A DNA stretch of 64,000 nt from Nitrososphaerota archaeon. GTDB lineage: Archaea; Thermoproteota; Nitrososphaeria_A; Caldarchaeales; Calditenuaceae. Below, one piece after another: positions 1 through 8,388 of the stretch. A program made the position numbers and the translations under genes. The notes beneath the pieces were generated by a model, which saw only the letters and a list, made by a program, of their open reading frames with translations, made no database searches and was not told the DNA's origin. The number at the start of each line of letters is the position of its first letter. Position 1 is the stretch's first letter. The DNA lies in NCBI GenBank assembly GCA_041641295.1, contig JBEPYO010000001.1:480001-544000 (forward strand), given 5' to 3'.

Positions 1-280
1 TGTTATTCATCATACGTACCTTCACCCCACCTCAGCCTTCAGCATTTCGTGGACTGTAAACTTCCTTTTCGTGGCTGTTATCGGAGGGGTGGGGACAATA
101 GTAGGACCAATAATTGGCAGCGCGTTATTTGTAGCGTTCGGGTACTTATTTGCCCAATACCTAGGACTCAGCCTCCTTTTAGAAGGCCTGATTGTACTCG
201 CGATCCTGATAGCTCTTCCGCAAGGAGTCTGGAGCGCCATTTCTAGAAAATTAAAACTAAATCTAAAACCACCGCTATAA
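1..280 (+). CDS. Branched-chain amino acid-type ABC transporter permease (LivM-like), 3' fragment cut by the window edge
   Basis: GGVGTIVGPIIG and LPQGVW motifs typical of the LivM C-terminus; lies upstream of a Liv-type binding protein. Confidence 0.85.
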   Translation, partial: VIHHTYLHPTSAFSISWTVNFLFVAVIGGVGTIVGPIIGSALFVAFGYLFAQYLGLSLLLEGLIVLAILIALPQGVWSAISRKLKLNLKPPL

Positions 281-521
281 AGCTAAAAGCATCAACGTGT
301 CATATTTTAATATCGCGTGGAAAATGATATTGCTAACCACGCCGTTATAAAGACAAGCTAACGTTTAGTCGTCATCAACACTATTTTTTTAAATACTCTA
401 AAATTGCTACTATAGCGAAGGCCGTTCTATTACCAGATTCAGTAGGAGGAAGATTAGCAACAGAAGATAGGTCTGTGGGAGGCAGGCTTAAGTAGAGAAA
501 ATATTATATACAAGTTATCGA

Positions 522-1880
522 TTGCTTATGGACATGAAAATGCCTATTTCTGCAGCAGCTATTACAAAAATGCATGCAATAATAATGGCCGTAGTTATTA
601 TCATAGCCGCTGTAGGCGCGAGTGCTTCTTATTACTTAACGCTGAGGCCAGGCGCTCCAGAATACATAAAAATTGGATGGCCAGCCCCCCTTACCGGAAC
701 TCTTGCCGGATTTGCTGAGACAACACCATGGATGGCACAACAAGTGGAGGATTATGTCAACAATAAGTTGGGTGGAATATATCTCTCAGAATACGGCAAA
801 AAAATCCCAATAAAAATAATCATAAGAGATACAAAAAGCGATCCTGACCTCGCAGCAACCATAGCAGCCGAACTGATAACTAAAGATAATGTTGACATAA
901 TGTTGGCGCTTTATTCTCCAGCTATGACGAATCCCATAAGTGCGCAATGCGAGAAATATGGAGTACCATGCATAGTTTCGCAGACAATACTATTGTCTTG
1001 GCTCATGGGGGCCCCCTACGAGTGGTCTTACGCCATAGGCTTAGCCGAGCCAGACTTCGCAATATTGTTCTTTGATTTATTTGATTCGATGGGAGATAAA
1101 GTAAACAAAAAGGTTGCCATGATTAATGCAGATGACCCTGATGGAAGAGGTTTTTCAGAATCGATAAAAATAGTAGCAAAAGCGCGTGGGTATACGCTTA
1201 TCGATGCTGGGCTAGTGCCTTATGGTGCGGCAGACTATTCTTCATATATCTATAATTGGAAGAGTTCGGGAGCGGATATTCTCACAGGCAACATGCTTTT
1301 TGTAGATTTTGCAACCCTCTGGAGACAGTGTAACGAGCTGGGTTATAAGCCAAAAATCGTGGCCATGTCGAGAGCGTTGCTGTTTCCTTCATGGGTAGAG
1401 GCAATAGGCGGCGAACTACCCAACGGGCTAATAGGATATACCTGGTGGTCGCCTTTCCACCCCTATAAGTCATCTATAACTGGACAGACTGCGAGCCAGC
1501 TAGTTGAGGCTTGGGAAGCTCACAGCGGTAAACAGTGGACACCAGTACTAGGCCTCACGCACGCTGTACTGGAGGTAGCTATAGACGCGGTTAAAAGGGC
1601 AGGAAGCCTTGACAAAACAAAAATAAGAGACGCCCTAGCCGAAACCAACCTTAACACTATAGCAGGACCTGTCAATTTTAAGGCACCTCTAACACCACAA
1701 CAGCAGGCGCGATACCGGCCATTCGAAAATCTAATGAAGTACAAGGATCATTATGTCGTTGTGAGCCCGGTGGCAATTCAATGGGTTAAGGGATCCAAGT
1801 GGCCTTGGGAGATGCAGGTAATCTATAATTGGGAGAGCCCAGAGATACCTGAAACAGCCAAGATGTTCCTTTTAAGCTAA
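522..1880 (+). CDS. ABC transporter substrate-binding protein, LivJ/PBP1 family, with N-terminal membrane anchor
   Basis: N-terminal hydrophobic helix; IKIG..PLTG and RDTKSDP motifs; true start may be ATG 528/534/540. Confidence 0.85.
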   Translation: MLMDMKMPISAAAITKMHAIIMAVVIIIAAVGASASYYLTLRPGAPEYIKIGWPAPLTGTLAGFAETTPWMAQQVEDYVNNKLGGIYLSEYGKKIPIKIIIRDTKSDPDLAATIAAELITKDNVDIMLALYSPAMTNPISAQCEKYGVPCIVSQTILLSWLMGAPYEWSYAIGLAEPDFAILFFDLFDSMGDKVNKKVAMINADDPDGRGFSESIKIVAKARGYTLIDAGLVPYGAADYSSYIYNWKSSGADILTGNMLFVDFATLWRQCNELGYKPKIVAMSRALLFPSWVEAIGGELPNGLIGYTWWSPFHPYKSSITGQTASQLVEAWEAHSGKQWTPVLGLTHAVLEVAIDAVKRAGSLDKTKIRDALAETNLNTIAGPVNFKAPLTPQQQARYRPFENLMKYKDHYVVVSPVAIQWVKGSKWPWEMQVIYNWESPEIPETAKMFLLS

Positions 1881-2108
1881 GATCCACCTTTATTTTCTAA
1901 CCTCTCCTTTCAAGAACTTTAGTGAAACATCTACTAGATGTTGTTATCTAATCGAAAGGCTGTTTACCCTTCCAAAGAGTTGCCTCCCTCCTACGTTTTG
2001 GGACCGTATCGACACAGCAGTTCGATGGTGAAAGGCTTAAATACAAAGCGGTAGGGCAGAAAACTGTGTATACTGATCATTTGATAAAGTCAAGAAGGGT
2101 GTCTTTGG

Positions 2109-3128
2109 ATGGAGATAATAGATTTTGAAGCACACTTTTATACAAAAGAGTATGTTAAAGCTTTGATAAAAAACAAAAGCTATCCAAAATACAAAAAGGA
2201 TAGAGAAAAGAACATTCATTGGCTGTGGTATGCTCCCAACGTGTTAGAGCCTCACACAGGACAACTTCTAGAAAGACTTCTTGACTTGAGTGAGAAGCGA
2301 TTTAAGGATATGGCCGAGGCAGGAGTGAAAATGCAGGTTTTGAGTCTTTCTGCACCGGGATGCGAACAGTTTAACCCTCCACTAGGTACTAAACTCGCAA
2401 AAAAGGTTAATGATGAGTTGTCCAGAATTGTGGAGAAAAATCCAGACAAATTTGTCGGTTTAGCCGCCCTTGCGCCTCAAGACCCCGGAGAGGCTGCAGA
2501 TGAGCTTGAAAGGGCTGTGAAAGAGTTGGGGCTTAAAGGATGGAAAACCCACTCCAATATACGTGGAACATATCTTGACAATAAAAAATTTTGGATTATA
2601 CTGGAAAAAGCTGAGAAGTTAGGTGTTCCCATATTTTTACACCCAACCATTCCCTTGATCAGAGAGCTTAGAAAGAGTTACGGATATGCTTTGGCTGGAC
2701 CTGCTTTCGGCTTTACCTTTGATACGGCTTTATGTATGATGCGTTTAATTTTAAGCGGAGTTTTTGATAAGTATCCCAATCTAAAGTTCGTATTGGGACA
2801 CTTGGGCGAGGCCATGCCTTTCCTTCTTAATCGGCTTGACTTTCCGTTTGTAAGACCATGGGTTACTCAGGGAGTGAAGATGAAACTTTCAAAGAAGCCC
2901 AGTGAATACTTCAAAAATAATGTCTATGTAGGTACAAGTGGCGAATTCCACAATTCAGCTCTAATATGCACTGTTCAGACAATGGGTTACGACAAAGTTC
3001 TGTTCGCTTCAGACTATCCTTATGAACATACAGCAAAGGCTGTAGACCGCATAAATGCGTTGCCATTGTCGGATGAGGAAAAAACAAGAATCTATCATTT
3101 AAATGCGAAAAATATCTTAGGCCTTTAA
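2109..3128 (+). CDS. Amidohydrolase_2 family protein, aromatic-acid decarboxylase-like (LigW / 2,6-dihydroxybenzoate decarboxylase / ACMSD group)
   Basis: IDFEAH, FLHP, GHLGE and SDYPYE metal-site motifs. Confidence 0.8.
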   Translation: MEIIDFEAHFYTKEYVKALIKNKSYPKYKKDREKNIHWLWYAPNVLEPHTGQLLERLLDLSEKRFKDMAEAGVKMQVLSLSAPGCEQFNPPLGTKLAKKVNDELSRIVEKNPDKFVGLAALAPQDPGEAADELERAVKELGLKGWKTHSNIRGTYLDNKKFWIILEKAEKLGVPIFLHPTIPLIRELRKSYGYALAGPAFGFTFDTALCMMRLILSGVFDKYPNLKFVLGHLGEAMPFLLNRLDFPFVRPWVTQGVKMKLSKKPSEYFKNNVYVGTSGEFHNSALICTVQTMGYDKVLFASDYPYEHTAKAVDRINALPLSDEEKTRIYHLNAKNILGL

Positions 3129-3222
3129 AAATGGTTTATAGACGTGTCAACAAAATTTTATGTGCGGTGTTCCTAATCTCCTTGCGTTCAATAGGGTTAA
3201 AAATAGAGGTTTGAGTGGATGG

Positions 3223-3852
3223 TTATTTTCTCGCCCCAATATTGTATAGGTAGGGTAGGAGGACGGAAAGGTTTCTCATTTCTTCTGCGCAATGCTGAAA
3301 GAGGTTTTTAGCTATATCGTAGCTGGTGTACGTTGGGTTTAGCCAGAAGCGGCTGCGCATTTCGCAACCCACATCGATATTCCGGACAAAGTGGGTCATG
3401 AAGCCGGCCTCGAGCTCTGTTCCTTCCCCACGGATATACAGACGGGCACAGATAGCTGTTGCTCGTGCCTTCTCAAACTTTGATACATCATAAAAATTTG
3501 CTGGATCTTGAAAGTGGATCCTCAGTTTTACTACAGGTGGTTTGCCTCCGAGGGTTTCGTCCACTATGTGACTGGCTCCAATGTAATTGCCTGGAGTCCA
3601 ACGGTCATCCCAAACACCATGTATGTGATCCACGGGATGCCAAAGTTTGTATATTTGAGTATGCTCTTTAGGAGAAAGGCCATAGGCGAACCACCACTCT
3701 ATCATTTTTCTATCGCAAAAGGGCATTCTCGTGAGTACGGCTACAAGGTAATATCCGTTTGATAAGCGAATATATCCGCTTTCTAGGGGCAAATAGCCTG
3801 GGTCTAGAAGGCGATCGATCTGGTCAACCGTTAATTCTAAATTTTCAGACAT
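3223..3852 (-). CDS. DAPG hydrolase PhlG / phloretin hydrolase family C-C hydrolase
   Basis: LESGY, WWF, LWHPVDH, SHIVDE, GCEMRSRFW and HCAEEM motifs; ATG at 3852 preceded by GGTGA. Confidence 0.8.
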   Translation of the reverse strand: MSENLELTVDQIDRLLDPGYLPLESGYIRLSNGYYLVAVLTRMPFCDRKMIEWWFAYGLSPKEHTQIYKLWHPVDHIHGVWDDRWTPGNYIGASHIVDETLGGKPPVVKLRIHFQDPANFYDVSKFEKARATAICARLYIRGEGTELEAGFMTHFVRNIDVGCEMRSRFWLNPTYTSYDIAKNLFQHCAEEMRNLSVLLPYLYNIGARK

Positions 3853-4279
3853 GGTATCACTTCTCACCTTTGACTGAGCGCTATTGCGGTATAAATAACT
3901 TTTATTTAAGCCCACCTCAGATGTGCATCACTGTTGATTAGTGACACGCCTACATTGGTTTGGGTTTTAGGCGGTGAGTTCTGCATTAGTAATATGCCTT
4001 TTTTTAAAAATACTGCCTATCGAAAAATGTAGTTACAGCGCCTGTGTATGGTGCTGGTAAGACCCCCTCTATGATCCTATCCCTTCTCAATAGCGATTGG
4101 GCCTCCCGTATTAGTTGGAATCTTGAAAGTTGTAAACGCCGCTAATGGCTATGCGATGATCTTCTCGGTTTATGTCTCATATTCTTTTTGGAGATACTTT
4201 GATGTCGATCCATTTCTATCCATACCTCGTATGGCATAGATGATTTACTGGAGCTGAATATTTAAAAACTAGTCTAAAG

Positions 4280-6271
4280 ATGGTTTTGATAACAGACTTG
4301 AGTAAGCTTCTCTGGCAACCTGCGTATGAAGATGTGGCGAAGGCGAACATCAAGCGGTTTATGGAGCTTGTCAACGCGAAGAATGGTCTATCTCTAGATC
4401 CGTTTGAGAAGGGCGCCTACTTCCATCTCTATGAATGGAGTGTTACGGATATTCCGGCTTTCTGGGATAGTGTATGGGAGTTTGTCGGGATAAGAGCAGT
4501 CGAGCATTATGATATGGTTGTGGATGATTTAGATAAATTCCCTGGGGCTAAATGGTTTGTGGGTGCAAGGCTAAACTTCGCGGAGAATCTCTTGAAAGCC
4601 GAGGTTGACCGTCCGGCGCTAATATCAAGGAGGGAAGACGGCTATTCGAGGAGTGTTTCATACCAAGAGTTGAGGGGGCTAGTAGGTGGCCTCTCAAAGG
4701 GTCTGCTAGAAGAGGGGATAGGTGTTAATGATCGAGTCGCCGCATATATGCCCAATATCATCGAGACGAGCGTGGCTATGTTAGCCGCCACGTCGCTGGG
4801 GGCTTCATGGTCCTCGATAGGTACTGAGATGGGGGTTGATTCTGTCATTGATAGGTTTGGACAGGTGGAGCCTAAGGTTTTGTTCACTGTCGACGGCTAC
4901 ATATATAGGGGTAAAGAGTATGATGTCTTAGAGAGGGTTAGGGAAATTGCGAGAAATATCCCATCTATTAAGCGGATCGTTATTGTGCCTTATCTGAGGG
5001 ATAATCCGCGCATAGACCACATTCCGAAAAGCATCTTAATCGACAATTTCATGTCTGCTAAGAGTGCACCATCATACACTCATGTTCCTGCCTCCTCCCC
5101 CTTGTATATCATGTTCTCATCAGGTACTACAGGAAAGCCGAAATGTATGGTGCAGCCAATAGCCGGTGTCCTAGTAAATCATCTGAAAGAGCTTGTCATA
5201 CACACAGATCTTAAGCCTGAAGATGTAGTGACGTATATCACTTCGCCGAGCTGGATGATGTGGAACTGGTTGATGAGCGCTCTCGCTGTAGGATCCACAA
5301 TCTTTCTCTATGATGGCGACCCAAATTATCCGGACTGGAGGACCATGTGGCGGCTTGTAGAAGAACTTGAAATAACGGTCTTTGGCTGCAGTGCAAGCTA
5401 CATAAACAATCTCAGAGGCTTGGCGGCGCGGCCGGGCGAGCTGCACAACCTCGAATCCCTCAGGGAAATATCGCAGACCGGCTCGGCCCTTTCACCGGAA
5501 GGGTTTGAATGGATTTATACAATGGTTAAGAAGGACTTACACTTTAACTCCATTTCAGGCGGTACAGATATAAATGGATGCTTCGCCGCCGGAAGCCCTA
5601 TACTGCCGGTGTACGCAGGGCAGATCCAGTCTCCTGCCCTAGGTATGAAGATAAAGTGCTACAATGAAGAGGGCGAGCCCGTCCTAGATAGGGAGGGGGA
5701 ACTTGTGTGCGAAGCCCCGGCACCATCGATGCCAATATATTTTCTCAATGACGAGGGGTTCGAGAGGTATTTAGACGCATACTTCAGATTTTATACTAAT
5801 AAGCGGGTCTGGAGGCACGGCGACTATGTCATATTCCACAGCGACACAGGGGGGATAACATTCTTGGGGAGAAGCGACGCCACACTTAAGCCCTCGGGCG
5901 TGAGGATAGGCACAGCTGAGATATACCGCGTGCTCGAGAGCTTTCCCGAGATAGTGGATAGTCTTGCCGTGGGGCAGAGCTGGAGAGGGGATCAGAGGAT
6001 AATACTCTTCGTCAAGATGGCTAAAGGATTTATGTTGACTGATGAGTTGATAGATAGGATTAAGAAGGCTCTACGCGAGAGAGCTTCGCCGCGACATGTT
6101 CCTGCTATAGTCATAGAGGTACCTGACATACCTTACACGTTTAATATGAAGAAAGTCGAGATAGCGGTAGCGAATATAGTTAACGGGAGGAAAGTAACTA
6201 ATAAGGCGTCGATAATGAATCCAGAGTCTCTTGATTATTTTGAGAAGATACTCCCTTTGCTCAGGGATTAG
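4280..6271 (+). CDS. Acetoacetate-CoA ligase (AMP-forming)
   Basis: WFVGARLNFAENLL, SSGTTGKPKC, SISGGTD, GRSDATLKPSGVRIGTAEIY and KKVE motifs. Confidence 0.9.
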   Translation: MVLITDLSKLLWQPAYEDVAKANIKRFMELVNAKNGLSLDPFEKGAYFHLYEWSVTDIPAFWDSVWEFVGIRAVEHYDMVVDDLDKFPGAKWFVGARLNFAENLLKAEVDRPALISRREDGYSRSVSYQELRGLVGGLSKGLLEEGIGVNDRVAAYMPNIIETSVAMLAATSLGASWSSIGTEMGVDSVIDRFGQVEPKVLFTVDGYIYRGKEYDVLERVREIARNIPSIKRIVIVPYLRDNPRIDHIPKSILIDNFMSAKSAPSYTHVPASSPLYIMFSSGTTGKPKCMVQPIAGVLVNHLKELVIHTDLKPEDVVTYITSPSWMMWNWLMSALAVGSTIFLYDGDPNYPDWRTMWRLVEELEITVFGCSASYINNLRGLAARPGELHNLESLREISQTGSALSPEGFEWIYTMVKKDLHFNSISGGTDINGCFAAGSPILPVYAGQIQSPALGMKIKCYNEEGEPVLDREGELVCEAPAPSMPIYFLNDEGFERYLDAYFRFYTNKRVWRHGDYVIFHSDTGGITFLGRSDATLKPSGVRIGTAEIYRVLESFPEIVDSLAVGQSWRGDQRIILFVKMAKGFMLTDELIDRIKKALRERASPRHVPAIVIEVPDIPYTFNMKKVEIAVANIVNGRKVTNKASIMNPESLDYFEKILPLLRD

Positions 6272-6403
6272 TTCCACATTAGTAGCATCTAGTACTGTTA
6301 ACTTTGCCCCTCTTTTTCAACCAACGTGGGCTTAGATGCGGGTTAAACCATATGGTCGCCCATTCCATCATAGATATGTAGTATGTGGATAGGGTAATTA
6401 CGG

Positions 6404-6853
6404 TTAGGTGGGGGTTTTCTGTTGTATTAGTTCTCTTGGCGTGCGTGTTTTTACGGGGAGTTTGTCTGCTTGGCCTGTTCTCCATGTTAAGTATAGCTGG
6501 ACTTCTGGATTGTTGTCGAGCACCATTGCTTCAAGGGCATCCCTGTAGCTGAGCCCCCTCCCCAGATATCGCAGCATGTTCTCAATGTGCTCTTCCCAAG
6601 AGTCTGGGTGGGGTGGGAAAAGTATTCGATGCTCCTCGCTCTTTAGGTAGCTTAGGTATAATTCCCGCCCGCTTCTTTCTCCTACGTGCCTTGAGACGGA
6701 GCCGACGAGGTCGAGCAGGGCATAGATTGTGACACCCTTTACTGAGCCTCTAAGCCTTCTGAGGGCTTCCTCGTTCTCGCTCCAGCGGGGGTCGTTCCTG
6801 AGTGCGAGGTGGTGGATGATTAGGACATCTGGGCCAATGACTATCAATCCCAA
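6404..6853 (-). CDS. PIN-fold protein (VapC-like) with a degenerate active site
   Basis: PIN pattern: N-terminal strand IVIGPDVLI, SYRDAL, YLTW, TPRE; directly downstream of an RHH gene. Confidence 0.6.
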   Translation of the reverse strand: MGLIVIGPDVLIIHHLALRNDPRWSENEEALRRLRGSVKGVTIYALLDLVGSVSRHVGERSGRELYLSYLKSEEHRILFPPHPDSWEEHIENMLRYLGRGLSYRDALEAMVLDNNPEVQLYLTWRTGQADKLPVKTRTPRELIQQKTPT

Positions 6854-6862
6854 TAGGCCACC

Positions 6863-7129
6863 TCACTCCTCGTCGTCAACTTCAACCCTCGCTGGGCTGG
6901 GTGTGAAGATGAGGTCTTCGGGGTTTCCAGTTCTAGTTAGCCTGCCGCTCAGGTATAGTGCCGTGGCACGGGCCTCGGGCGAAGTCCTAGAATACCGGGC
7001 TAACAGCATCCTGATTGCGTCACTTATGGCCTCGCTCCTGTTTCTGAAGAGCCCCTCATTGCAGAGCTCGTCAATCCTCTTGACAAGGGCCGAACTGACC
7101 CTAACCTGTAAGAGTACAGTATCCGCCAT
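6863..7129 (-). CDS. Ribbon-helix-helix (CopG/Arc) DNA-binding protein, antitoxin-like
   Basis: LQVRVSSALVKRIDEL...FRNRSEAISDAIR. Confidence 0.8.
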   Translation of the reverse strand: MADTVLLQVRVSSALVKRIDELCNEGLFRNRSEAISDAIRMLLARYSRTSPEARATALYLSGRLTRTGNPEDLIFTPSPARVEVDDEE

Positions 7130-7250
7130 TCCAATCCCACCATACCATGTGAAGTATGATTATTAAAGCATTTGAGATTATTCGCTGTTTTCGTATGGGG
7201 GAGAATATCTTTTTAAGTTGGGTTGTACATATTATGGTTTGAATACCCCT

Positions 7251-7658
7251 ATGCATGACTATGTCAAGCTTGGTAAGTTGGAAGAGAGGGCCCTCAAGCT
7301 CCTACTTAAGCATGGGGAGAAGGGGCTCCTCCAGTCTGAACTCTGGCACTTATTGGGCATCACCAGCAGGGATGGCTCGCGCGTGGCCATCAAGCTGGAG
7401 AAGAGGGGGCTGGTTAAGCGGGTTAGAGAGTTCGCAAATGATAGGTGGACTATGCGTCTAATATCGCAGGTCAAGCTTCTGGATCTGAGCATTATTAAGG
7501 ACGCTCCATGCCCTGCCTGCCCCTATAACGACTCCTGCGGCCCCTCTGGAAGCTATTCACCGACGGAGTGTGTATTGATAGAGTCTTGGCTCCTTAGCTT
7601 GGCCGATGCTAGGGCCAAGAAGGAGGAGACCACCGTTCAGACGCCGGTTAAGGCTTAG
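7251..7658 (+). CDS. Archaeal RPC34 homolog / transcription factor E beta subunit (winged helix plus 4-Cys Fe-S domain)
   Basis: wHTH LLQSELWHLLGITSRDGSRVAIKLEKRGLVKR followed by PCPACPYNDSC...PTEC..I.SW; TATA-like TTTTTAAG at about 7210. Confidence 0.8.
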   Translation: MHDYVKLGKLEERALKLLLKHGEKGLLQSELWHLLGITSRDGSRVAIKLEKRGLVKRVREFANDRWTMRLISQVKLLDLSIIKDAPCPACPYNDSCGPSGSYSPTECVLIESWLLSLADARAKKEETTVQTPVKA

Positions 7659-7666
7659 AGTAACTT

Positions 7667-7700
7667 TTTACACAGTTATGTCACCATTAAACTGTGTAAA
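7667..7700. promoter_or_regulatory. Perfect 11-bp inverted repeat upstream of the cox operon
   Basis: TTTACACAGTT-N12-AACTGTGTAAA, just upstream of TTTATTT (about 7710). Confidence 0.55.
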
Positions 7701-7751
7701 CAGTATTGGTTTATTTCTAACCCGAACCCTCAGAAGATGTTGAGCTAAGAT

Positions 7752-8387
7752 ATGGTTGCGACCACCGTAGACATATTCACGTCTCTTTGGAGCATCTTCT
7801 CTACCCTCGGAGTTCTGGTAGGCGTTGTCGTAATGTCATACATGGTATATCTCATAGTTAAGAACCGCGCCAAGCCTGAGAAACCGGAGCCGGAGGACAC
7901 GCCGAGGCCTGGCGAGCTCCCGCGGGAGCAGAAGGGTGCCAAAAAGCTTCTAATCTCAGTCGTCCTGAGCGCCTCCATCGTGATCACCCTAATCTCGCTC
8001 ACATTCATAGCCCTTGACAATCTGGATAGGCCGCCAGCTGATGCCTTGGAGGTGAAGGTTGTTGCTTTTCAGTGGGGATGGAAGTTCATCTACCCCAACG
8101 GCTATGAGTCTGTAGGCGAGCTTAGAATACCGCGAGGAACCGCTGTCAAGCTCTATGTCACAAGCCAAGACGTGTTCCACAACATAGGCATCATCGACTT
8201 GAGGCTTAAAGTGGACGCGATTCCAGGCAAGACCAATATAGGATGGACTAGAGTCTATGAGACCGGTGTCTACGACATCAGGTGTTTTGAACTCTGCGGC
8301 GACGGGCATGGCGTAATGATAGGTAAACTCATCGTAATGGATCCTGGGGAGTTCAACTCATGGTATTCCTCGCTGCAGGTGAGTTAG
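7752..8387 (+). CDS. coxB: Cytochrome c oxidase subunit II (CuA)
   Basis: Two TM helices, FQWGW, DVFH and the CuA motif CFELCGDGHGVM. Confidence 0.95.
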   Translation: MVATTVDIFTSLWSIFSTLGVLVGVVVMSYMVYLIVKNRAKPEKPEPEDTPRPGELPREQKGAKKLLISVVLSASIVITLISLTFIALDNLDRPPADALEVKVVAFQWGWKFIYPNGYESVGELRIPRGTAVKLYVTSQDVFHNIGIIDLRLKVDAIPGKTNIGWTRVYETGVYDIRCFELCGDGHGVMIGKLIVMDPGEFNSWYSSLQVS

Positions 8388-8388
8388 G

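Noticed and set aside
1926-1942. Palindrome AACATCTA-C-TAGATGTT
   Set aside because: Single occurrence, far from the nearest TATA, and no function can be supported
3916-4279. Possible decayed gene or IS remnant in the long intergenic region
   Set aside because: Only short broken frames, with no recognisable transposase motif or terminal repeats
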